Below, in pieces: positions 38,301-50,269 of a stretch of 64,000 nt of DNA. Positions within the stretch are counted from its first letter, which is position 1, and each line of letters begins with the position of its first letter. A program made the translations under genes and the position numbers. The stretch spans positions 141,856,001 through 141,920,000 of the forward strand of contig OZ024743.1 in the NCBI GenBank assembly GCA_964016885.1. The letters run 5' to 3'. The notes under the pieces were generated by a model that was not told the DNA's origin, did no database searches, and saw only the letters and a program-made list of their open reading frames with translations. Source of the stretch: Eledone cirrhosa. Its lineage: Eukaryota.

Positions 38301-40260
38301 TTGGTGCTTAGTGCTTGGTGTTTGGTGCTGCGTGCTTGGTGTTTGGTGTTTGGTGTTTGGTGCCTGGTGCTTGTTGTTTGGTGTTTGGTGCTTAGTGCTT
38401 GGTGTTTGGTGTTTGGTGCTTGGTGCTTGGTGGCTGGTGCTTGGTGCTTGGTGTTTGGAGTTTGGTGCTTGGTGCTTGGTGCCTGGTGTTTCGTGCTTGG
38501 TGCTTGGTGCTTGGTGTTTGGTGTTTGGTGCTTGGTGTTTGGTGTTTGGTGCTTGGTGCTTGGTGTTTGGTGTTTGGTGCTTGGTGTTTGGTGCTTGGTG
38601 CTTGGTGCTGGGTGTTTGGTGCTTGGTGCTTGGTGTTTGGTGCTTGGTGCTTGGTGCTTGGATTTTGGTCCTTGGTGCTTGGTGCTTGGTCTTTGGTGCT
38701 TGGGTTTTGGTGTTTGGTGCTTGGTGCTTGGTGTTTGGTGCTTGGTGCTTGGTGCTTGGTGTTTGGTGCTTGGTGCTTGGTGTTTGGTGTTTGGTGCTGG
38801 GTGCATGGAGTTTGGTGCTTGGTGTTTGGTGTTTGGTGCTTGGTATTTGGTGTTTGGTGTTTGATGCTTGGTGTGTGGTGCTTGGTGCTTGGTGTTTTGT
38901 GTTTGGTGCTTGGTGCTTGGTGCCTGGTGCTTGGTGCTTGGTGCTTGTTGTTTGGTGCTTGGTGCTTGGTGATTAGTGTTTGGTGCTTGGTGCTTGGTGT
39001 TTGGTGCTTGGTGTTTGGTGCTTGGTGCCTGGTGCTTGGTGTTTGGTGTTTGATGCTTGGTGTTTGGTGTTTGGTGTTTGGTACTTGGTGTTCGGTGCTT
39101 GGTGCTTGGTGCTTGGTGCTTGGTGTTTGGTGTTTGGTGCTTGGTGCTTGGTGTTTGATGTTTGGTCCTTGGTGCTTGGTGTTTGGTGTTGTGTGCTTGG
39201 TGCATGGTGCTTGATGTTTGGTGCTTGGTGCTTGGTGCTTGGTGTTTGGCGTTTGCTGTTTGCTGTTTGGTGTTTGGTGTTTGCTGTTTGGTGTTTGCTG
39301 TTTGGTGTTTGGTGTTTGGTGCTTGCTGTTTGGTGCTTGGTGCTTGGTGTTTGGTGTTAGGTGCTTGGTGCTTGGTGTTTGGTGCTTGGTGCTTGGTGCT
39401 TGGTTATTAGTGTTTGGTGATTGGTGCTTGGGGTTTGGTGTTTGGGGCTTGGTGTTTGGTGCTTAGTGCTTGCTGTTTGGTGTTTGGTGTTTGGTTCTTG
39501 GTGCTTGTTGTTTGGTGTTTGGTGTTTGGTGCTTGGTGCTTGGTGCTTGGTGTTTGGTGCTTGGTGCTTGGTGCTTGGTGTTTGGTGCTGCGTGTTTGGT
39601 GTTTGGTGTTTGGTGCTTGGTGCCTGGTGCTTGTTGTTTGGTGTTTGGTGCTTGGTGCCTGGTGTTTCGTGCTTGGTGCTTGGTGCTTGGTGTTTGATGT
39701 TTGGTGCTTGGTGTTTGGTGTTTGGTACTTGGTGCTTGGTGCTTGGTGCTTGGTGTTTGGTGCTTGGTGTTTGATGCTGCGTGCTTGGTGTTTGGTGTTT
39801 GGTGCTTGGTGCTTGGTGTTTGGTGTTTGGAGCTTGGTGCCTGGTGCTTGTTGTTTGGTGTTTGGCGCTTGGTGCTTGGTGTTTGGTGTTTGGCGCTTGG
39901 TGCTTGGTGTTTGGTGTTTGGTGCTTGGTGCTTGGTGCTTGGTATCTGGTGTTTGGTGCTTGATGTTTGGTGTTTGGTGCTTGGTGTTTGGTGTTTGGTG
40001 CTTGGTGTTTGGTGCTTGGTGTTTGGTGTTTGGTGTTTGATGCTTGGTGTTTGCTGCTTGGTGCTTGGTGCTTGGTGTTTTGTGTTTGGTGCTTGGTGCT
40101 TGGTGCCTGGTGCTTGGTGCTTGGTGCTTGTTGTTTGGTTCTTGGTGCTTGGTGATTAGTGTTTGGTGCTTGGTGCTTGCTGATTGGTGTTTGGTGTTCG
40201 GTTCTTGGTGCTTGGTGTATGGTGTTTAGTGTCTGGTGCTTGGTGCTTGGTGCTTGGTGT
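35400..40260. repeat. Imperfect higher-order duplication with ~3.24-3.36 kb offset
   Basis: Offsets 35622/38980 (3358), 36175/39414 (3239), 36686/39967 and 36878/40159 (3281). The rare string TTGCTGA ... TCGGTTC ... ATGGTGT TTAGTGT CTGGTGC is shared at ~36.9 and ~40.2 kb. Confidence 0.75.
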
Positions 40261-40739
40261 TTGGTGCTTGGTGCTTGGTGCTTGGTGTTTGGTGCTGCGT
40301 GCTTGGTGTTTGGTGTTTGGTGTTTGGTGCCTGGTGCTTGTTGTTTGGTGTTTGGTGCTTAGTGCTTGGTGTTTGGTGTTTGGTGCTTGGTGCTTGGTGG
40401 CTGGTGCTTGGTGCTTGGTGTTTGGAGTTTGGTGCTTGGTGCTTGGTGCCTGGTGTTTCGTGCTTGGTGCTTGGTGCTTGGTGTTTGGTGTTTGGTGCTT
40501 GGTGTTTGGTGTTTGGTGCTTGGTGCTTGGTGTTTGGTGTTTGGTGCTTGGTGTTTGGTGCTTGGTGCTTGGTGCTGGGTGTTTGGTGCTTGGTGCTTGG
40601 TGTTTGGTGCTTGGTGCTTGGTGCTTGGTTTTGGGTCCTTGGTGCTTGGTGCTTGGTCTTTGGTGCTTGGGTTTTGGTGTTTGGTGCTTGGTGCTTGGTG
40701 TTTGGTGCTTGGTGCTTGGTGCTTGGTGCTTGGTGTTTG

Positions 40740-43700
40740 GTGCTTGGTGCTTGGTGTTTGGTGTTTGGTGCTGGGTGCATGGAGTTTGGTGCTTCGTGCT
40801 TGTGCTTGGTGTTTGGTGTTTGGTGCTTGGTATTTGGTGTTTGGTGTTTGATGCTTGGTTTGTGGTGCTTGGTGCTTGGTGTTTTGTGTTTGGTGCTTGG
40901 TGCTTGGTGTTTGATGTTTGGTCCTTGGTGCTTGGTGTTTGGTGATTGGTGCTTGGTGCCTGGTGCTTGGTGCTTGGTGCTTGTTGTTTGGTGCTTGGTG
41001 CTTGGTGATTAGTGTTTGGTGCTTGGTGCTTGGTGTTTGGTGCTTGGTGTTTGGTGCTTGGTGCCTGGTGCTTGGTGTTTGGTGTTTGATGCTTGGTGTT
41101 TGGTGTTTGGTGTTTGGTACTTGGTGTTCGGTGCTTGGTGCTTGGTGCTTGGTGCTTGGTGTATGGTGTTTGGTGCTTGGTGCTTGGTGTTTGATATTTG
41201 GTCCTTGGTGCTTGGTGTTTGGTGTTGTGTGCTTGGTGCTTGGTGCTTGATGTTTGGTGCTTGGTGCTTGGTGCTTGGTGTTTGGCGTTTGCTGTTTGCT
41301 GTTTGGTGTTTGCTGTTTGGTGTTTGGTGTTTGGTGCTTGCTGTTTGGTGCTTGGTGCTTGGTGTTTGGTGTTAGGTGCTTGGTGTTTGGTGCTTGGTGC
41401 TTGGTGCTGAGTGTTTGGTGCTTGGTGCTTGGTGTTTGGTGTTTGGTGATTGGTGCTTGGTGTTTGGTCCTTGGTGCTTGGTGCTTGGTCTTTGGTGCTT
41501 GGGTTTTGGTGTTTGGTGCTTGGTGCTTGGTGTTTGGTGCTTGGTGCTTGGTGCTTGGTGCTTGGTGTTTGGTGCTTGCTGCTTGGTGCTTGGTGTTTGG
41601 TGCTTGGTGCTTGGTGATTAGTGTTTGGTGATTGGTGCTTGGGGTTTGGTGTTTGGGGCTTGGTGTTTGGTGCTTAGTGCTTGCTGTTTGGTGTTTGGTG
41701 TTTGGTTCTTGGTGCTTGGTGTTTGGTGTTTGGTGTTTGGTGCTTGGTGCTTGGTGCTTGGTGTTTGGTGCTTGGTGCTTGGTGTTTGGTGCTTGGTGCC
41801 TGGTGCTTGTTGTTTGGTGTTTGGTACTTAGTGCTTGGTGTTTGGTGTTTAGTGCTTGGTGTTTGGTGGCTGGTGTTTGGTGCTTGGTGTTTGGAGTTTG
41901 GTGCTTGGTGCTTGGTGCCTGGTGTTTCGTGCTTGGTGCTTGGTGCTTGGTGTTTGGTGTTTGGTGCTTGGTGTTTGGTGTTTGGTACTTGGTGCTTGGT
42001 GCTTGGTGCTTGGTGTTTGGTGCTTGGTGTTTGATGCTGCGTGCTTGGTGTTTGGTGTTTGGTGCTTGGTGCTTGGTGTTTGGTGTTTGGAGCTTGGTGC
42101 CTGGTGCTTGTTGCTTGGTGTTTGGCGCTTGGTGCTTGGTGCCTGGTGTTTCGTGCTTGGTGCTTGGTGCTTGGTGTTTGGTGCTTGGTGTTTGGTGTTT
42201 GGTACTTGGTGCTTGGTGCTTGGTGCTTGGTGTTTGGTGCTTGGTGTTTGATGCTGCGTGCTTGGTGTTTGGTGTTTGGTGCTTGGTGCTTGGTGTTTGG
42301 TGTTTGGAGCTTGGTGCCTGGTGCTTGTTGCTTGGTGTTTGGCGCTTGGTGCTTGGTGTTTGGTGTTTGGTGCTTGGTGCTTGGTGCTTGGTATCTGGTG
42401 TTTGGTGCTTGATGTTTGGTGTTTGGTGCTTGGTGTTTGGTGTTTGGTGCTTGGTGCTTGGTGTTTGGTGCTTGGTGCTTGGTGTTTTGTGTTTGGTGCT
42501 TGGTGCTTGGTGCCTGGTGCTTGGTGCTTGGTGCTTGTTGTTTGGTGCTTGGTGCTTGGTGATTAGTGTTTGGTGCTTGGTGCTTGCGGTTTGGTGTTTG
42601 GTGCTTGGGGCTTGGTGCTTGGTGCTTGGTGCTTGGTGTTTGGTGCTTGGTGCTTGGTGTTTGGTGCTTGGTGCCTGGTGTTTGGTGTTTGGCATTTGCT
42701 GTTTGCTGTTTGGTGTTTGGTGCTTGCTGTTTGGTGCTTGGTGCATGGTGTTTGGTGTTTGGTGTTTTGTGCTTGGTGCTTGGTGTTTGGTGCTTGGTGC
42801 TTGGTGCTGGGTGTTTGGTGCTTGGTGCTTGGTGTTTGGTGCTTGGTGCTTGGTGCTTGGTGTTTGGTCCTTGGTGCTTGGTGCTTGGTATTTGGTGCTT
42901 GGGTTTTGGTGTTTGGTGCTTGGTGCTTGGTGTTTGGTGCTTGGTTCTTGGTGCTTGGTGCTTGGTGTTTGGTGATTGCTGCTTGGTGCTTGGTGTTTGG
43001 TACTTGGTGCTTGGTGATTAGTGTTTGGTGATTGGTGCTTGGGGTTTGCTGTTTGGTGCTTGGTGTTTGGTGCTTGGTGCTTGCTGTTAGGTGTTTGGTG
43101 TTTGGTTCTTGGTGCTTGGTGTTTGGTGTTTGGTGTCTGGTGCTTGGTGCTTGCTGCTTGGTGTTTGGTGCTTGGTGCTTGGTGCTTGGTGTTTGGTGCT
43201 GCGTGCTTGGTGTTTGGTGTTTGGTGCTTGGTGCCTGGTGCTTGTTGTTTGGTGTTTGGTGCTTAGTGCTTGGTGTTTGGTGCTTGGTGCTTGGTGGCTG
43301 GTGCTTGGTGCTTGGTGTTTGGAGTTTGGTGCTTGGTGCTTGGTGCCTGGTGTTTCGTGCTTGGTGCTTGGTGCTTGGTGTTTGGTGTTTGGTGATTGGT
43401 GTTTGGTGTTTGGTGCTGGGTGCATGGAGTTTGGTGCTTGCTGCTTAGTGCTTGGTGTTTGGTGTTTGGTGCTTGGTATTTGATGCTTGGTGTGTGGTGC
43501 TTGGTGCTTGGTGTTTTGTGTTTGGTGCTTGGTGCTTGGTGCCTGGTGCTTGGTGCTTGGTGCTTGTTGTTTGGTGCTTGGTGCTTGATGATTAGTGTTT
43601 GGCGCTTGGTGCTTGGTGCTTGGTGTTTGATGTTTGGTCCGTGGTGCTTGGTGTTTGGTGTTGTGTGCTTGGTGCTTGGTGCTTGCTGTTTGGTTTTTGG

Positions 43701-46700
43701 TGCTTGGTGTTTGGTGTTTGCTGTTTGGTGTTTGCTGTTTGGTGTTTGGTGTTTGGTGCTTGCTGTTTGGTGCTTGGTGCTTGTTGTTTGGTGCTTGGTG
43801 CTTGGTGATAAGTGTTTGGTGCTTGGTGCTTGCGGTTTGGTGTTTGGTGCTTGGGGTTTGGTGTTTGGTGCTTGGTGCTTGGTGTTTGGTGCTTGGTGCT
43901 TGGTGCTTGGTGTTTGGTGCTTGGTGCTTGGTGTTTGGTGCTTGGTGCTTGGTGTTTGGTGTTTGGCGTTTGCTGTTTGCTGTTTGGTGTTTGGTGCTTG
44001 CTGTTTGGTGCTTGGTGCTTGGTGTTTGGTGTTTGGTGTTTGGTGCTTGGTGCTTGGTGTTTGGTGCTTGGTGCTTGGTGCTGGGTGTTTGGTGCTTGGT
44101 GCTTGGTGTTTGGTGCTTGGTGCTTGGTGCGTGGTGTTTGGTGATTGCTGCTTGGTGCTTGGTGTTTGGTGCTTGGTGCTTGGTGATTAGTGTTTGGTGA
44201 TTGGTGCTTGGTGTTTGGTGTTTGGTGCTTTGTGCTTGGTGCTTGGTATCTGGTGTTTGGTGCTTGATGTTTGGTGTTTGGTGCTTGGTGTTTGGTGTTT
44301 GGTGCTTGGTGCTTGGTGTTTGGTGCTTGGTGCTTGCTGTTTGGTGTTTGGTGTTTGGTTCTTGGTGCTTGGTGTTTGGTGTTTGGTGTCTGGTGCTTGG
44401 TGCTTGGTGCTTGGTGTTTGGTGCTTGGTGCTTGGTGCTTGGTGTTTGGTGCTGCGTGCTTGGTGTTTGGTGTTTGGTGCTTGGTGCCTGGTGCTTGTTG
44501 TTTGGTGTTTGGTGCTTGGTGCTTGGTGTTTGGTGTTTGGTGCTGGGTGCATGGAGTTTGGTGCTTGGTGCTTGTGCTTGGTGTTTGGTGTTTGGTGCTT
44601 GGTATTTGGTGTTTGGTGTTTGATGCTTGGTGTGTGGTGCTTGGTGCTTGGTGTTTTGTGTTTGGTGCTTGGTGCTTGGTGCCTGGTGCTTGGTTCTTGG
44701 TGCTTGTTGTTTGGTGCTTGGTGCTTGGTGATTAGTGTTTGGTGTTTGATGCTTGGTGTTTGGTGTTTGGTGTTTGGTACTTGGTGTTCGGTGCTTGGTG
44801 CTTGGTGCTTGGTGCTTGGTGTTTGGTGTTTGGTGCTTGGTGCTTGGTGTTTGATGTTTGGTCCTTGGTGCTTGGTGTTTGGTGTTGTGTGCTTGGTGCT
44901 TGGTGCTTGATGTTTGGTGCTTGGTGCTTGGTGCTTGGTGTTTGGCGTCTGCTGTTTGCTGTTTGGTGTTTGGTGTTTGCTGTTTGGTGTTTGCTGTTTG
45001 GTGTTTGGTGTTTGGTGCTTGCTGTTTGGTGCTTGGTGCTTGGTGTTTGGTGTTAGGTGCTTGGTGTTTGGTGCTTGGTGCTTGGTGCTGAGTGTTTGGT
45101 GCTTGGTGCTTGGTGTTTGGTGCTTGGTGATTGGTGCTTGGTGTTTGGTCCTTGGTGCTTGGTGCTTGGTCTTTGGTGCTTGGGTTTTGGTGTTTGGTGC
45201 TTGGTGCTTGGTGTTTGGTGTTTGGTGCTTGGTGCTTGGTGCTTGGTGTTTGGTGCTTGCTGCTTGGTGCTTGGTGTTTGGTGCTTGGTGCTTGGTGATT
45301 AGTGTTTGGTGATTGGTGCTTGGGGTTTGGTGTTTGGGGCTTGGTGTTTGGTGCTTAGTGCTTGCTGTTTGGTGTTTGGTGTTTGGTTCTTGGTGCTTGG
45401 TGTTTGGTGTTTGGTGTTTGGTGCTTGGTGCTTGGTGCTTGGTGTTTGGTGCTTGGTGCTTGGTGTTTGGTGCTTGGTGCCTGGTGCTTGTTGTTTGGTG
45501 TTTGGTGCTTAGTGCTTGGTGTTTGGTGTTTGGTGCTTGGTGCTTGGTGGCTGGTGTTTGGTGCTTGGTGTTTGGAGTTTGGTGCTTGGTGCTTGGTGCC
45601 TGGTGTTTCGTGCTTGGTGCTTGGTGCTTGGTGTTTGATGTTTGGTGCTTGGTGTTTGGTGTTTGGTACTTGGTGCTTGGCGCTTGGTGCTTGGTGTTTG
45701 GTGCTTGGTGTTTGATGCTGCGTGCTTGGTGTTTGGTGTTTGGTGCTTGGTGCTTGGTGTTTGGTGTTTGGAGCTTGCTGCCTGGTGCTTGTTGCTTGGT
45801 GTTTGGCGCTTGGTGCTTGGTTCCTGGTGTTTCGTGCTTGGTGCTTGGTGCTTGGTGTTTGGTGTTAGGTGCTTGGTGTTTGGTGTTTGGTACTTGGTGC
45901 TTGGTGCTTGGTGCTTGGTGTTTGGTGCTTGGTGTTTGATGCTGCGTGCTTGGTGTTTGGTGTTTGGAGCTTGGTGCCTGGTGCTTGTTGCTTGGTGTTT
46001 GGCGCTTGGTGCTTGGTGTTTGGTGTTTGGTGCTTGGTGCTTGGTGCTTGGTATCTGGTGTTTGGTGCTTGATGTTTGGTGTTTGGTGCTTGGTGTTTGG
46101 TGTTTGGTGCTTGGTGCTTGGTGTTTGGTGCTTGGTGCTTGGTGTTTTGTGTTTGGTGCTTGGTGCTTGGTGCCTGGTGCTTGGTGCTTGGTGCTTGTTG
46201 TTTGGTGCTTGGTGCTTGGTGATTAGTGTTTGGTGCTTGGTGCTTGCGGTTTGGTGTTTGGTGCTTGGGGTTTGGTGCTTGGTGCTTGGTGCTTGGTGTT
46301 TGGTGCTTGGTGCTTGGTGTTTGGTGCTTGGTGCCTGGTGTTTGTTGTTTGGCGTTTGCTGTTTGCTGTTTGGTGTTTGGTGCTTGCTGTTTGGTGCTTG
46401 GTGCATGGTGTTTGGTGTTTGGTGTTTTGTGCTTGGTGCTTGGTGTTTGGTGCTTGGTGCTTGGTGCTGGGTGTTTGGTGCTTGGTGCTTGGTGTTTGGT
46501 GCTTGGTGCTTGGTGCTTGGTGTTTGGTCCTTGGTGCTTGGTGCTTGGTATTTGGTGCTTGGGTTTTGGTGTTTGGTGCTTGGTGCTTGGTGTTTGGTGC
46601 TTGGTCTTGGTGCTTGGTGCTTCGTGTTTGGTGATTGCTGCTTGGTGCTTGGTGTTTGGTACTTGGTGCTTGGTGATTAGTGTTTGGTGATTGGTGCTTG

Positions 46701-47270
46701 GGGTTTGCTGTTTGGTGCTTGGTGTTTGGTGCTTGGTGCTTGCTGTTAGGTGTTTGGTGTTTGGTTCTTGGTGCTTGGTGTTTGGTGTTTGGTGTCTGGT
46801 GCTTGGTGCTTGGTGCTTGGTGTTTGGTGCTTGGTGCTTGGTGCTTGGTGTTTGGTGCTGCGTGCTTGGTGTTTGGTGTTTGGTGCTTGGTGCCTGGTGC
46901 TTGTTGTTTGGTGTTTGGTGCTTAGTGCTTGGTGTTTGGTGTCTGGTGCTTGGTGCTTGGTGGCTGGTGCTTGGTGCTTGGTGTTTGGAGTTTGGTGCTT
47001 GGTGCTTGGTGCCTGGTGTTTCGTGCTTGGTGCTTGGTGCTTGGTGTTTGGTGTTTGGGGATTGGTGTTTGGAGTTTGGTGCTGGGTGCATGGAGTTTGG
47101 TGCTTGGTGCTTAGTGCTTGGTGTTTGGTGTTTGGTGCTTGGTATTTGATGCTTGGTGTGTGGTGCTTGGTGCTTGGCGTTTTGTGTTTGGTGCTTGGTG
47201 CTTGGTGCCTGGTGCTTGGTGCTTGGTGCTTGTTGTTTGGTGCTTGGTGCTTGATGATTAGTGTTTGGTG
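40740..47270. repeat. Tandem higher-order duplication of about 3.66-3.68 kb
   Basis: Offsets 41198/44858 (3660), 41376/45057 and 41625/45306 (3681), 42566/46226 (3660), 43021/46680 (3659). Shared rare units include TTGTGC (40800, 44572) and TTGATGA TTAGTGT (~43584, ~47251). Confidence 0.85.
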
Positions 47271-50269
47271 CTTGGTGCTTGGTGTTTGGTGCTTGGTGTT
47301 TGGTGCTTGGTGCCTGGTGCTTGGTGTTTGGTGCTTGGTGCCTGGTGCTTGGTGTTTGGTGTTTGGTGCTTGGTGTTTGGTGCTTGGTGTTTGGTAATTG
47401 GTGTTCGGTGCCTGGTGCTTGGTGTTTGGTGTTGTGTGCTTGGTGCTTGGTGCTTGCTGTTTGGTTTTTGGTGCTTGGTGTTTGGTGTTTGCTGTTTGGT
47501 GTTTGCTGTTTGGTGTTTGGTGTTTGGTGCTGGCTGTTTGGTGCTTGGTGCTTGGTATTTGGTGTTTGGTGCTTGGTGTTTGGTGCTTGGTGCTTGGTGC
47601 TGGGTGTTTGGTGCTTGGTGCTTGGTGTTTGGTGCTTGGTGCTTGGTGCTTGGTGCTTGGTGTTTGGTGCTTGGTGCTTGGTCTTTGGTGCTTGGGTTTT
47701 GGTGTTTGGTGCTTGGTGCTTGGTGTTTGGTGCTTGGTGCTTGGTGCTTGGTGTTTGGTGCTTGCTGCTTGGTGCTTGGTGTTTGGTGCTTAGTGCTTGG
47801 TGATTAGTGTTTGGTGATTGGTTCTTGGGGTTTGGTGTTTGGGGCTTGGTGTTTGGTGCTTAGTGCTTGCTGTTTGGTGTTTGGTATTTGGTTCTTGGTG
47901 CTTGGTGTTTGGTGTTTGGTGTTTGGTGGTTGGTGCTTGGTGCTTGGTGGTTGGTGCTTGGTGCTTGGTGCTTGGTGTTTGGTGCTGCGTGCTTGGTGTT
48001 TGGTGTTTGGTGCTTGGTGCCTGGTGCTTGTTGTTTGGTGTTTCGTGCTTAGTGCTTGGTGTTTGGTGTTTGGTGCTTGGTGCTTGGTGGCTGGTGTTTG
48101 GTGCTTGGTGTTTGGAGTTTGGTGCTTGGTGCATGGTGCCTGGTGTTTCGTGCTTGGTGTTTGGTGCTTGGTGTTTGGTGTTTGCTGCTTGGTGTTTGGT
48201 GTTTGGTACTTGGTGCTTGGTGCTTGGTGCTTGGTGTTTGGTGCTTGGTGTTTGATGCTGCGTGCTTGGTGTTTGGTGTTTGGTGCTTGGTGCTTGGTGT
48301 TTGGTGTTTGGAGCTTGGTGCCTGGTGCTTGTTGTTTGGTGTTTGGCTCTTGGTGCTTGGTGTTTGGTGTTTGGTGCTTTGTGCTTGGTGCTTGGTATCT
48401 GGTGTTTGGTGCTTGATGTTTGGTGTTTGGTGCTTGGTGTTTGGTGTTTGGTGCTTGGTGCTTGGTGTTTGGTGCTTGGTGTTTGGTGTTTGGTGTTTGA
48501 TGCTTGGTGTTTGCTGCTTGGTGCTTGGTGCTAGGTGTTTTGTGTTTGGTGCTTGGTGCTTGGTGCTTGGTGCCTGGTGCTTGGTGCTTGGTGCTTGTTG
48601 TTTGGTGCTTGGTGCTTGGTGATAAGTGTTTGGTGCTTGGTGCTTGCGGTTTGGTGTTTGGTGCTTGGGGTTTGGTGTTTGGTGCTTGGTGCTTGGTGTT
48701 TGGTGCTTGGTGCTTGTTGCTTGGTGTTTGGTGCTTGGTGCTTGGTGTTTGGTGCTTGGTGCTTGGTGTTTGGTGTTTGGCGTTTGCTGTTTGCTGTTTG
48801 GTGTTTGGTGCTTGCTGTTTGGTGCTTGGTGCTTGGTGTTTGGTGTTTGGTGTTTGGTGCTTGGTGCTTGGTGTTTGGTGCTTGGTGCTTGGTGCTGGGT
48901 GTTTGGTGCTTGGTGCTTGGTGTTTGGTGCTTGGTGCTTGGTGCTTGGTGTTTGGTCCTTGGTGCTTGGTGTTTGGTGCTTGGTTATTGGTGCTTGGTGC
49001 GTGGTGTTTGGTGATTGCTGCTTGGTGCTTGGTGTTTGGTGCTTGGTGCTTGGTGATTAGTGTTTGGTGATTGGTGCTTGGTGTTTGGTGTTTGGTGCTT
49101 TGTGCTTGGTGCTTGGTATCAGGTGTTTGGTGCTTGATGTTTGGTGTTTGGTGCTTGGTGTTTGGTGTTTGGTGCTTGGTGCTTGGTGTTTGGTGCTTGG
49201 TGCTTGCTGTTTGGTGTTTGGTGTTTGGTTCTTGGTGCTTGGTGTTTGGTGTTTGGTGTCTGGTGCTTGGTGCTTGGTGCTTGGTGTTTGGTGCTTGGTG
49301 CTTGGTGCTTGGTGTTTGGTGCTGCGTGCTTGGTGTTTGGTGTTTGGTGCTTGGTGCCTGGTGCTTGTTGTTTGGTGTTTGGTGCTTAGTGCTTGGTGTT
49401 TGGTGTTTGGTGCTTGGTGCTTGGTGGCTGGTGCTTGGTGCTTGGTGTTTGGAGTTTGGTGCTTGGTGCTTGGTGCCTGGTGTTTCGTGCTTGGTGCTTG
49501 GTGCTTGGTGTTTGGTGTTTGGTGCTTGGTGTTTGGTGTTTGGTACTTGGTGCTTGGTGCTTGGTGCTTGGTGTTTGGTGCTTGGTGTTTGGTGCTTGGT
49601 GCTTGGTGTTTGGTGTTTGGAGCTTGGTTCCTGCTGCTTGTTGTTTGGTGTTTGGTGCTTGGTGCTTGGTGTTTGGTGTTTGGTGCTTGGTGCTTGGTGC
49701 TTGGTATCTGGTGTTTGGTGCTTGATGTTTGGTGTTTGGTGCTTGGTGCTTGGTGCTTGGTGTTTGGTGTTTGGTGCTTGGTGCTTGGTGTTTGGTGCTT
49801 GGTGTTTGGTGTTTGGTGTGTGATGCTTGGTGTTTGCTGCTTGGTGCTTGGTGCTTGGTGTTTTGTGTCTGGTGCATGGTGCCTGGTGCCTGGTGCTTGG
49901 TGCTTGGTGCTTGTTGTTTGGTACTTGGTGCTTGGTGATTAGTGTTTGGTGCTTGGTGCTTGCGGTTTGATGTTTGGTGCTTGGGGTTTGGTGTTTGGTG
50001 CTTGGTGCTTGGTGTTTGGTGCTTGGTGCTTGGTGCTTGGTGTTTGGTGCTTGGTGCTTGGTGTTAGGTGTTTGGTGCTTGGTGCTTGGTGTTTGATGTT
50101 TGGTCCTTGGTGCTTGGTGTTTGGTGTTTGGTGCTTGGTGCTTGGTGTTTGGTGTTTGGTGCTTGCTGCTTGCTGCTTGGTGTTTGGTGCTTGGTGATTG
50201 GTGCTTGGTGTTTTGTGCTTGGTGCTTGGTGTTTGGTGTTTGGTGCTTGGTGCTTGGTGTTTGGTCTTT

